Source of the DNA: Octopus bimaculoides
Lineage: Eukaryota
Direction of reading: 5' to 3'
DNA: 34,857 nucleotides
Assembly: GCF_001194135.2 (NCBI RefSeq)
Contig: NC_068981.1
Location: 126,629,985-126,664,841, forward strand
Shown: in pieces, positions 11,851 to 22,795 of the stretch
How positions within the stretch are numbered: position 1 is the first letter of the stretch
Layout of the letters: the number at the start of each line of letters is the position of its first letter
Program-made: the position numbers and the translations under genes
The notes under the pieces: generated by a model
Seen by the model: the letters and a program-made list of their open reading frames with translations, nothing else
What the model was told of the DNA's origin: nothing
Databases searched by the model: none

Positions 11851-13814
11851 ATATTATGGTGTGCTATAATTTTCTACCCCTTGTGTTTATCTCAGTCTCC
11901 CTCTGTTTTTGGCTATTTCACCTATTAATGTAATTCTAGACCCTAAAATATTTCTCTTCTTTAACACTGTTTACTCTATGCTTCCGTAAAATAACGTTTC
12001 CATGGTTACCTAGCTCATTCATTTATGAAACACAAAATGTTTATGTTCACTTCATTTTATGAGGTAAGGTATCATAAACAATGATATAAAAGACGCAGAT
12101 GGCTTAGATTTAATAGCAAAAATACGATACTATTTTTATCAAATATTCAAAACGTGGAATGCGTTAGTTTCCATGTTACCTTCGCTTTCTTCTGGTCTTA
12201 TTCATCGTATTTTGAATAAACCAAATTATGTTGAGTTTGAAATATAAATATAAACTAACTTGTTTGCAGTGAGAACATTGTCGAAAACATACTTAAATCA
12301 AATATTTAGTATAAACTGAATGCAACAAACATTATATAAAGATTGGTTGTCATGAAGCTTTATTTAAAAAGTTTCGTTTAGGTTTATACGATTCAAACTA
12401 GAATGTTACGACAATCACAAGTGTTCCTTGTATTTTATTTTATTTGTTCTCCATGCAAACGAGAGGCAATGTTCAACAATATATCGTATTGTGTATTTTA
12501 ATCCTGAAGACCGAACCAAGTCTAAAAATACTGATCCTTATCATTAGCACGTAGTCTTCCAAAGACATTCCAAAGAATACAATACTCAGAACAGGAAACA
12601 GTCTTTCTGAAAAATCTCTTTTATCAAACAAGCATCATTTCTGAATGTTTGTTTCTCTCTCACATACACACACTTATATATATATATATACAATATATGT
12701 ATGTATGTATGTATGTATATTGTTTACGTCAAAGGAATCTAGAAACTCCGGAAGACATGAAATAAATCGCTTTTTATACCGTAACACGAAGTACATGAAG
12801 CTATAAACAACAACGGGTACATATTGGGAAAAAAACTTGGATGAAAAAAGTTGAAAGCTGACTGTGGGACTCAAACACACATCTTGCAAACGGACATTCT
12901 ACTATTGTACCAAAGCAATCCTTCCAGCCTCCTCCAAATATTTTAGAAGCTTTATTCTTAGCCAGAATTGTACGTTGCTTCCGTCATAAGAAATTAGAAT
13001 CAAATATATGTGCGCTATTATTTACAGCTTTATCTACTCCGCGCTCTAACGTTAAGAACAAGATACATACATACATAATCTATATACGTGGTGTGTGTGT
13101 GTGCGTGCGTGTGTGTGTGTGTGTGTGTATGTGTGTGTGTGTGTGTGTGTGTTTGTGTGTGTGTGTGCGTGTTTGTGTGTGTGTTGTCCGGGTAAAACAA
13201 AGTATATTTTGTAGGATTCACGGTTATAAATTAAACCTAACACTCAAGACTTTTAACTTCAAATTCTTTATTGTAAATGGCGACTTGCCCATGGCTCTTT
13301 AAACTGGATCGCTACCCCTAAGAACTTGTGTGTGTGTGTGTGTGTGTGTAACAGGGAGAATGAGATCAGTTATTCCTAGTACATTTTACCAATCAATAAT
13401 TAACCTTAACGATTTAATATTGGAATTTAAAATTAGATATTTGGAACATCCTTAATATTCAATATACCTTAGCGGTAACTCCACGAATCTATTGCTTAAA
13501 TAAATTTTTGAACATTGTACATTTTATCAAACATTTGAAAAGTAAGGTATGTGTCTTCGTGTCCCTTTCATGATTTTGCAGCCCCACCAATTTAAGTTGT
13601 GACCCGTAAGATGTGACCTTATCGTATACAGAAAATTAAAGGCAATTTGCAGCAGAGAACAGTCCGACTAAAACCTCGGCAATGCAATTTCCTCTCATCG
13701 AACTGTTACACGAAGAAGAATATAGCATTTCTATTTATTCAATGCATGTATGAGGTTAATTACTTACAATTTCATACAATTTCAAGTATATCTACACAAG
13801 TGTTCCTTCCTCGA

Positions 13815-14255
13815 TTTCGATTTTGCTTCCTCATAACTTTCAGAAAAACAGATATTTCTAATGAAATTTTCTACAAATGCCAATCAGGTGGTGTAAACTT
13901 TGATCACATCGGAATTTGTTGTGAAAACGTTTTTCGCAGGCGGCGAAGAGATGTTTCGGTTGATTCTCTAGAGTTGACTTTCTGTCCTCATAACTTTCAG
14001 AAAAATGGATATTTGTAAATGAGATTTTTCTTCAAATACTTTTCAAGTCGTGTAGATTACGAATATATCGGAATTTAATGTGAGAAACTGTGGGCGCCCA
14101 CACATACATACCGACACATATCACAAACGTTTTTCAAAATTTCAACTTTCACTTTGCGTATATATGTATGTGATGTGTGTCGGTATGTATGTATGTATGT
14201 ATGTATGTATGTATTATGTATGTATGTATACATGTATGTACGCGCACCCAGCATC

Positions 14256-14294
<39 letters not shown>

Positions 14295-14410
14295 CTTAAT
14301 CACGTTTAACTTTAATATAATCGGGACTTACACCATCTGAAAGATATTTCTAGAAAATTTCATCAAAAATTATCTATCTTCTGAAAGCATGAGGAAAGAA
14401 AATGACGGGG
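13815..14410. repeat. Degenerate ~60-95-bp unit in two direct copies and one inverted copy (probable MITE/foldback remnant)
   Basis: cctcataactttcagaaaaa...atgaaattttct at ~13830 and ~13986. Inverted copy aaatttcatcaaaaattatctatcttctgaaagcatgaggaa at ~14355-14398. Confidence 0.6.
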
Positions 14411-15344
14411 ACCTACTTATGAAGGGGTGCCTGATTTCACACATCTTTCTTCAACACATTTAGATTCATAGAGTTATCGCATGGTTTAACACGGCCATCT
14501 GACCATTAGACGCCTTTAGCAGAGTCTACTCAGTTGTAAACATTTAGGCTAGCTATTCGGTCTGAGGTAACTTCCTCCAGTTCTCTTAAAAGTGATCATG
14601 GTTGCTGCTTTTGTTTTTCTTTGTAAGCAATAAATACTTAAAAAATATATTTTCGCTCTATTTTCGTATATATTTGATGGCAATAAAACACGCTATACTA
14701 AAACAATGCGGCACATGATATATTTGTTGGTCGGTTACACCTTGCATAGACTTAATAATCTCCTGCTATGAGCAGGTGAAGCTAAGTGGAGAGAACAGAC
14801 TTTAACATAAATACTTAAATGCTTTGTACATACGGATCGTTGATATGAAGTATGGCTTCAATGATTAGCAATAAAAATACACAGAATATGTATATATGTC
14901 TATACACATAAACAAATATGTGTAGGTATATATATATTTACATATTCGTTATCGACGTCACATACTTAATTTATGTGTATTGTTAAACGCTTTAGGGTTG
15001 AGATGTTTCGTCCAGGGAAGGTCACTTTAAAGACGTAGCGTGTTAAAAATCACAGTCTTCTTCAAAGCCAGACGAAACGAATCTCCCCGGAGAACTACAG
15101 ATGTCGAGACTTAGCAGTTATTTCAGCTCAACGGTGCCGTATACATGATTCACCCCACCCTCCATCTGTGCATCATACTAAATGTATACACACTGTTAGA
15201 AAGTATGATACTACAGAATTTTCTTGGAGAAGATTTCTTCATAGACTTGTGTTAAAAGCACTATGTGTGTGTGTGTGTGTTGTGCGTTTATATACATATA
15301 TATTTATGCATGTATATCTTTGTATGTGTGTGTGTATATATATG

Positions 15345-15397
<53 letters not shown>

Positions 15398-15564
15398 TGA
15401 AGTACATTTGCCACCTAAATGTGGCTGACCCATATTGGAAGATGCTACTGTAGTTTATAGCCCCAGGAAGACATCTCCAGCTGGCTAACGACACACTGTC
15501 TGTGTCCGCCCGATCAGTATTTGCGAAGGGAAATCATCGTTCCCATCTCTAGCCTGACGTGATA

Positions 15565-15609
15565 CACACAGACCCGGGTTTCTGGGTAGTAACCCGTCAT
15601 CAGCGTGTG
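15565..15609 (-). ncRNA. Minimal type-I hammerhead ribozyme motif (H1 copy 1)
   Basis: CACACG CUGAUGA C GGGU UACU ACCC A GAAA CCCGG GUC/ UGUGUG. Core complete, helices I and II pair, helix III is the palindrome ACCCGGGU, triplet GUC. A C.A mismatch sits at the base of helix II. Confidence 0.75.
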
Positions 15610-15795
15610 ACAATCACCGGCTAGGGATGAGAAGTGATTCCGGACGCAAAATACTATATGCTTTTTCCGGTGACAAAAAGTCGCTAATCTCGAAAAAGGA
15701 AAAACAAGTAATAATAAATCTCTGAGCGAGATGTAAACAGTAGCAGCACGACATCGTAAAGTATATATGCCACCTTAATATGGCTGACCCATTGT

Positions 15796-15840
15796 CACAC
15801 GCTGATGCCTGGTTACTATCCAGAAACCCGGGTCTGTTTG
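15796..15840 (+). ncRNA. Degenerate hammerhead motif (H1 copy 2)
   Basis: CACACG CUGAUGC C UGGUUACUAUCC A GAAA CCCGG GUC/ UGUUUG. Core A9->C plus helix I and II substitutions; probably inactive. Confidence 0.6.
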
Positions 15841-16029
15841 TATCACATCAGGCTAGAGATAGGAATGATGATTTCCCTTCGCAAATACTGATCGGACACA
15901 GATACTGTATCGTTAGCCAGCTGGAGGAGATGTCTTCCTAACATCGTGCCATATGGGTCAGCCACATTTAGGTAGCAAATATACTTTACTATTCCGTGTT
16001 GCTACATCTCGCTCAGAGATTTATTATTG

Positions 16030-16115
<86 letters not shown>

Positions 16116-16463
16116 GTATGTATATATATGAATTAAAATGCATTAAATACTGCAAAATGTACACGTAGGACAGAAACAGAAGGACCCTAATTCTTCATCA
16201 GCTATCGACCAAAATACTAATACTCAGTTTCGTACCTTTAACGGTAAGACTTAGAACTTCGTATATCAGCGGCACCCGCAAAATTTGCGGAGAATTAGGG
16301 TTCGAGCAAGCAAAACACTACAGGGTAGACGTACGAAAGTAAACAAATATAATTTGCACGATAGAGGAAGACGGAATAAATACAGCCTTTCGGCCAAACA
16401 CTAGGATGATGGGTAACGCCTAGAAGAAATCCTCAATTTTTTTTAGTTCGTTATATGTGGTTT

Positions 16464-16517
16464 GCGCCTGAAGAATACGTTTCAGTATTTCTCAACATAT
16501 GAAACTATTAGTAGCGC
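16464..16517 (+). ncRNA. Type-I hammerhead motif (family H3)
   Basis: GCGC CUGAAGA AUACGUU-UCAGUAUUUCUC-AACAUAU GAAA CUAUUA GUA/ GCGC. 4-bp helix I, helix II with one C.A mismatch, helix III ACUA-U-UAGU, triplet GUA. Confidence 0.6.
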
Positions 16518-16572
16518 TTAAGTACATGTATTGTGCCCTTCAAATAAATTTGAAAACAATATTATTATTGGT

Positions 16573-16788
16573 AAGGCGGCAAGCTGGCAAAATCGTTAGC
16601 ACATCGGACAAAATGCTTGCGGCCTTTTGTCCGTCTTTACGTTGTGAGTTCAAATGCCACCTGGGTCAGCTTTGCCTTTCATCCTTTCGGGGTCGATAAA
16701 ATAAGTATCAGCTGAGTACTGGAATCGAAGTAATCAACTTACCCCCTCCCACGTACTTGATAGCCTTGTGCCAAAATATGAAACCATT
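16573..16788 (+). mobile_element. SINE (family 2, aaggcggc(a/g)agctggcagaatcgttagc...gaaacca)
   Basis: Homologous copies at 28365-28580(+), 28593-28639(+, truncated) and 29147-29365(-). Confidence 0.8.
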
Positions 16789-16789
16789 G

Positions 16790-17025
16790 TTGTTGTTATT
16801 GTTGTTGCTGCTGCTGTTTGCTATCTAACTTCAGGTCAGCTCTGATCGAGTAAATTAATGACTAAAGCATACTAATCCTGACCATCTCTCCTTATTTTCT
16901 CAGATATTGAATCTAAGACACCACTAGCCAATGTGTCCTCTTTTTAAAGACGTCCGGATGTGACAGGAAATGGTATAAGCTGGTTTTTTCCCCCGCAGAT
17001 CGAAGGACTACATAGAGACTCTTTC
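16790..17025 (+). mobile_element. Short interspersed repeat, family 4
   Basis: (GTT/GCT)n lead, then ttcaggtcagctctgatcgag...ccaatgtgtcctc...aagacg. Confidence 0.55.
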
Positions 17026-17519
17026 ATTGGGTCGGATATAATTAGGTTCCACGGGATGGCGGTGTGTAAACCAGGGCAACAAAATCACGATACCAGAGTA
17101 TAATTAAGATGTTTCTCTATGTTAAGTTCTTATCTTCACTTGATTAGAGCTTCTAATAGTATGGGATTCGACCCAGATTTACTACATTAGAAACAATGGA
17201 CCCGTTTTGTTTTGTTTTTTCTCTTGTACTCTGAACTCAATCTCGCATTAGAGCGTCATTGAAGAATTCCTCATCATATATAATGTCTAATAAATATAAA
17301 CTTGGTGGAACGCAACCAGCTCCATCCTATCAACTATAAATGAGTTCATAGATATGAAACTATGTCGTTTAAAGAAAAGAAAATAGGAATCTCGTGGCAG
17401 GCTCATCTCGCCAACGGTTTATCTCCACTTTATTGTCTGCCAAAAGGAAGTTACTAGTTAAATAAAAGTTTGCTATTTATAGTGTAGGAGGTGTTATGGT
17501 TGGCAGTGTAGCATTATAT

Positions 17520-18056
17520 AAGTTTGAAGTGTGGCAAAGTGGATTCAAATAGAGAGACAGACAGACAGACCGACAGAGAGAATGCGGAGGCGTGGGAGAG
17601 AGGGGAAGTGAAAGAGGGGACGGCCAGGAGATGGGGAGAACAGAAGTGAGCAATGGAGAGAAAGATAGAAAGTACAAATGTGTGTGTAGGGTGGAAAGGA
17701 CTGTTTAAAATGTTTTTAAAGGACTCTTTAGCGAAAATTGGATGATGGTTTGGTGGATAAAGCAGGATAGATCAGTAGATATGAAAGAGAAATGGGTGGT
17801 ATGAGGTTATTTCGAAGAAACGTTACTTAATACTCAGTCAATGATATGTAAACAGTGATGAATGACAATGGAAGAATGCGAGAGAGGAGAAAGAGATGAA
17901 GAGGAAGAGCAAGTAAGAGAGAGGGGAGAAGTAAGAGAGAGAGGAGAAGTAAGGAGGGGGAGCAGAGATTGAAAGAAAGAGAAAGAGCGATAGCGATAGA
18001 AAGTGAGAGATAGAAAAGAGTGGATAGCGAGAGAGAGAGAGAGAGAGAGAGAGTAC

Positions 18057-18096
<40 letters not shown>

Positions 18097-18100
18097 AAAG
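17520..18100. repeat. Purine-rich low-complexity tract with (GA)n, (GACA)n and (AAAG)n
   Basis: Directly visible. It explains the Leu/Ser-rich minus-strand ORFs at 17477-18183. Confidence 0.9.
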
Positions 18101-18467
18101 TAAGGGATGGTACAGAATGAAAGAAGTCTTTGATGGGAGCTAGCAAACGAAGGAAAATGAATTAACACCAATATTAACAACATCGTAACAATAGTTTTCT
18201 TTGATTAATCCATAAGACCATATATTTTAGAAGACGAAGTGAGAGCTGGTAGCATTTATGCTTTTCTTAATGGCACAGCGTGAAACAGACTCAGCTCATT
18301 GGCGAATGAATCAACTGCTATTGTGTCACCTGCTATTTCATTTATTATTAAACCCTCATTCCTTTTCCAGATCGGCGATGAAAGCTTTCATATTAGTGCC
18401 ATGTTGATAGTACTTGTATCATGACATACATCTACACCTTGTTCACGTCTCTAGAAAATGCTAGTGC

Positions 18468-18688
18468 CACATTACAAACATTATAAATCGCAGTCCAACG
18501 AAGGAACATGAGCAGACGTGAGACATTCAAAGTGGTCGTCACGTTACAAACATTATAAATCGCAGTCCAACGAAGGAACATGAGCAGACGTGAGACATTC
18601 AAAGTGGTCGTCACATTACAAACATTATAAATTAAATCGCAGTCCAACGAAGGAACATGAGCAGACGTGAGACATTCAAAGTGGTCGT
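18468..18688. repeat. 72-bp tandem repeat, three near-identical copies
   Basis: Units start at 18468, 18540 and 18612. Unit 2 has one A->G change and unit 3 a 5-nt insertion. No spacers. Confidence 0.97.
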
Positions 18689-19070
18689 TCGATCTCATAG
18701 TAATAGCAACCAAATTTTATTCAAGTCTACCCTATCGTCTTAAATGCCAATCAATGATTGACTGTATTGTCATATGTAGTCCTATATATCCTTAAGTAGA
18801 ATGGATGACACAATTGGAATTCTTTTGATCGCCGAATTGCTCGATTAGAGCTGATCTGGGACTAAACAACAACAACAGCATTTCTAGAAACGGCAGCGAA
18901 ATTTCCCTCAAATTACACTCCGCCGTCTTCAAAAACGACATGTTGGATCATATGTTCTTGCATATCTCTGAAAGGTGTTGGTCACCGCAAGAATGTCTGT
19001 AATCATAGATCTACTGAATCAGAGTTGAGTTGATCAAACAATAAACCCTATCAGCAACATGAGATGGCGA
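18689..19070 (-). mobile_element. Two tandem copies of repeat family 4
   Basis: Inverted motifs tcgattagagctgatctgggactaaacaacaac and ctagaaacggcagcgaaatttccctcaaattacac. Confidence 0.55.
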
Positions 19071-19119
19071 TATAAAAATAGTTAACCAAACTGATAAATA
19101 AAATGTATCTGGTTAACAA

Positions 19120-19755
19120 GTTCGCTTACAACCACATAGTTTCTGTGCGGCAACTTGTCTTTTGCTATGGCCTTAGGCCAACCAATACTTTGTGAATGAA
19201 GTTGGTAGACGCAAACTGTACGGAAGCCCGTCGTATATATAGATACATACGCGTGTGCGCGCCTGTGTTTGTGTATGTCCCCCAATGACACATACAACCG
19301 GTTTTACATTGTTTACTTCTATATAACTTAACACTTTGGCAAAAGAAACCGATAGAGTAAGCACCAGACTTTTAAAATAAGTACTGGGGATGATTTGTTC
19401 ATTTTAAACCAGTGGTTCTCAACTGAGATCTATATAACCCTAGGGGATCCATATAAGATTTTGTTAAAATTTAAGTGCAATAAAACGGTTATACTTCTAC
19501 AGTACACAAAATAATTTAACAACTTTTTTAACAATTCCTAATAATATTTTATTATAGAAATACAGTAGGATTGTTTTTATATATACATGAATGGGTACGG
19601 AGGTCCAGTAGAGTAAAATAGTAAACAAAGGGATCCATAGGTAAAAACTGGTTGAGAAACACCGGTTTAAACCGGTGTTTAAACTCTTCAAGGCGACGCC
19701 CGACGTCCTCACATGGTCACAATGCAATAACTAACAGAAGTAAAAGATAAAAGAT
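19120..19755 (+). mobile_element. SINE (family 3) interrupted by a hAT MITE
   Basis: ggtagacgcaaactgtacggaagcccgtcgtatatat matches the minus-strand copy at 29750-30148. The SINE 3' part resumes after 19672 (ctcttcaaggcg...agtaaaagataaaag). Confidence 0.7.
19410..19664. mobile_element. hAT-superfamily MITE (255 bp)
   Basis: TIRs CAGTGGTTCTCAAC and GTTGAGAAACACCG. 8-bp TSD ttttaaac (19402-19409) and gtttaaac (19665-19672). Confidence 0.85.
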
Positions 19756-19821
19756 AGGCCTGAAAATCTCATTTGTTGCAAACTCAATGTTTGTTATAAG
19801 AAACTGAACAAAATATTATGA

Positions 19822-19855
<34 letters not shown>

Positions 19856-19856
19856 A

Positions 19857-19927
<71 letters not shown>

Positions 19928-20422
19928 GTGTTGGTAAAATAACGCGTATATGATCCCAGGAGCGATTATAAACATCAGAGCTTAAATGTTGTGTCTTGCT
20001 GTTAACAAGGTGAGACAATTGTTTTCCTGGGATAAATTGCTAGTCTATTACAGAGAAAAAATAATAGAAATCTACTCCGCATGCCACATAATCAGGTATA
20101 GAAGGGTATAGAAATAGTGCCTTAGCCGAGTAGAATATACCAAAGAGTCTTTACACGGTCGACCAACCAATATAAAGAGCAACCAGATTCCTTGAACTTA
20201 CCCCCTATTGTTTTAAGAAAATAGGCAGGATACATCAGCCAATGAACTTCCAGATATGCAAAGAGATGGGATGCTTATAGCTGGAATGCCTTTGATCGTA
20301 AGTATGCTGGAATAGAGAAGAACTTGTACTACAGAACAATTAAACCAATGTGTGAAGGATTAGGAATGCGTTCCAAAATGTAAAATAACCGATAACTGGA
20401 AGCGAACTTATGATCTATAAGT

Positions 20423-21729
20423 TAGCAGATTGTGTCAAAAGCTTTTTCTGATTTTTATTGAAGATTTTTGACAACTTGTATTTCTATGTTATATCATTAA
20501 TTTCATACAACTTGTCCAAACGCTGCTGAATTGTTTATTCTTTATGTTCATATATAACATATAAACATTAATTGTTTGTTCTGTATTTTACAGCTTTGAT
20601 AATATAATAAGTGGTGGAAAAATTGCAATTAGAGCCATTTTACGCAGCCTGTGCAAAAAAAAAGACTGAGTGCAGTGGCAGTGGCAGTGGCAAAAGAAAT
20701 TAATGATGTGGAAGGACCAGGAACTGTCAACGAACGTGTAGCACAAAACTAGTTCAAACGTTTCAGAGATGATGACACTAACCTCGAAAACAAATCAAGA
20801 TCAAAGAGACCTGATGTGGAATAGGAGGCTTGCGTGAAACAGCTGAACAACAGCCAAGCAGAAGTGCGCGCGTACATTGTCGGCAGAACTTGGTCTTTTA
20901 CAAAGCACCATCCATCGACACCGCCATAAACTCGTCCTTGTGAACAGACGTTGTCGAGATGCTCCTCATGACCTGACCAATGACCAGGCTCAACGAAGTG
21001 TGAACATTTGCAAATAAATACTGGCAAATCCTCAAAATGCTCGTTCTTGGAGATGAAAAATGGCTCTGTTTTTGTAATTCTCAAAATACACGTTTTTAGA
21101 GATGACAAATGGCTCTATTACCGTAATCCTAATAACAGAAAACAGTGGTTTCGTTCCGGCCTGGCTTCAGAATCCGTTGTCAAACAAGGGCGGTTTGAAC
21201 AGAAGGTCATGTTGTGTGTTTTTAATGGAATTTCGGAAAGGTGTTGCACGTTGAGGATGTCCCAGATGGTCATGCTGTGAACGGTATCCTTTATACTCAA
21301 CAACTGCAGCAAGTATATGATGCTTTGAAAACAACCCGCTACACGGCATTGGTCAATCGAAGATGCGCACTTCCACAGCATGACAATGCCCCAGCACACA
21401 CTGCCAATGTAACCAAATGCAAACTTGAGGAGCTGGAAGTGCTGCCTCACTCTGCCTACTAACCATGAGATTACCACTTTTCCGAGCCATTGCTCATTTC
21501 CTGCATGGACAGGAGTTCGACAATATGGATGAAATTGAAAATGGATGCAGAAAGTTCTTTGCCTCAAACCAGCCAAATAGTATAAGCGTGGAATTGAGGT
21601 TCTAGCAAAACGATGGCTACAGACAATAGTATATGATGGGATATTGTGATGAATAAACGTTATTCGTATCTGATCTGTTTAAAATATTAAAACTTAAAAT
21701 ACGAAAACTTTTTTTGCCTCAATCTAGTA
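20423..21729 (+). mobile_element. mariner (DD34D-type) transposon, degenerate
   Basis: Fragments KEINDVEGPGTVNERVAQN*FKRF, DDKWLYY, EQKVMLCV, QHDNAPAHTA...EVLPHSAY, DYHFFRA. Imperfect TIRs tagcagattgtgtcaaaag and ttttgcctcaatctagta. Deletions break the exact D2-D3 spacing. Confidence 0.9.
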
Positions 21730-22424
21730 TTGGTCCAAAATCATACCCACCCACTCGACCATTTTATTTTAATGCGTTAGTGTTCCTGGTGTTGTTGATG
21801 CTGGTGTTTAGCCCGAGGCCAGTCCTGTACACACTGCCCTATGATGAAAAGTTTTCCGGCTTCGTTCTTGTTATCTGTTGTTCTTTAAGGTGAGCCTTAA
21901 ATTTTCAAACTTGTGATCCTCCCAATTTATATTTCAGATAGCGTATTTCGGACTATGTTAACTAGTATCCTAAGTTGGTAGGGATGATTTGTAGGAGTCT
22001 GATGTTGTTGTTGTTGTTATTGCAGTTGTTGCTGAAGCCCAAATCAGTTCCATCTAGATCCGTGATAAAAGAAATTCTATCCGTAAATATCGCCACCTTT
22101 GTGTGTGTAGAGGGGGTAGTATGTGTGTACGCGTGTGTATGTATGTCTGTATAGTTGTGTGTGTATGAGTGTGGTGGAGAGGGAGGGATAGAGGGGGAGT
22201 ATCTAGGACTATGTTAATTTAGTGGAGTGTGGTATTAGAGGCATTTAACTGATATTTCTAACATATTCATTGACCACGCAGAGGCTTCCTTGTTGTTGGT
22301 AGTGATACTGTTTAGCTCCAGGTCAGCATTGATCCAGTTGACATAACATAAAATGTTCAAGTCATTATCATCCAACTTTTTTTTTAATAGACTTAGGTGC
22401 AAGCATAGAAATGTGGTTAAGAAA

Positions 22425-22795
22425 TTCGCTAGGCAACTGTATAGTTTAGTTTCAGACTTAGTCTCACTGTATAGCGCTTTGAGCAAGTGTTTCCTACTAT
22501 AAGTCCAAGTTGATCAATGTCTTGTGAGTGAATTTCTATACGAAAATTGTGTAGAAGTCCATTGTATATGTGTGTGTATATTTGTCTGCCTGTCTCTCAC
22601 TGCTTGACAGGCGGTGTTAACGTGTTTACGTCCCCATAACTTAGTTGTTGGGCTTCAAAAAGAGACCAGTGAAATAAGTGATAAGATTAGAATAAGTATT
22701 GGAGCTGATTTGATTGTCTAAACTCTTAAGACGGTGCTCCAGTATGGCGATAGTCCAATGAGTGAAACAAGTAATAGAATAAAAGTGTAAAAGAA
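22425..22795 (+). mobile_element. SINE (family 3), diverged
   Basis: atgtggttaagaa...ttgagcaagtgtttcctactata...tttacgtccccataacttag...gaaacaagtaatagaataaaag aligns with 29750-30148. Confidence 0.7.

Larger units (their letters stand above)
15396..16027. mobile_element. Hammerhead-bearing non-autonomous element (Penelope pLTR/retrozyme-like, family H1): 359-bp-period partial tandem on minus strand plus head-to-head inverted partial copy
   Basis: Minus strand 15790->15396 reads terminal repeat A, spacer C, ribozyme block B, short D, truncated A. Plus strand 15792->16027 reads B, D, A. (TA)n on both sides. Confidence 0.8.

Noticed and set aside
18468-18688. CRISPR-like array or 24-residue repeat protein (ORF 18432-18713)
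   Set aside because: Units are contiguous with no unique spacers, the context is eukaryotic, and the 5-nt insertion breaks the repeat frame.
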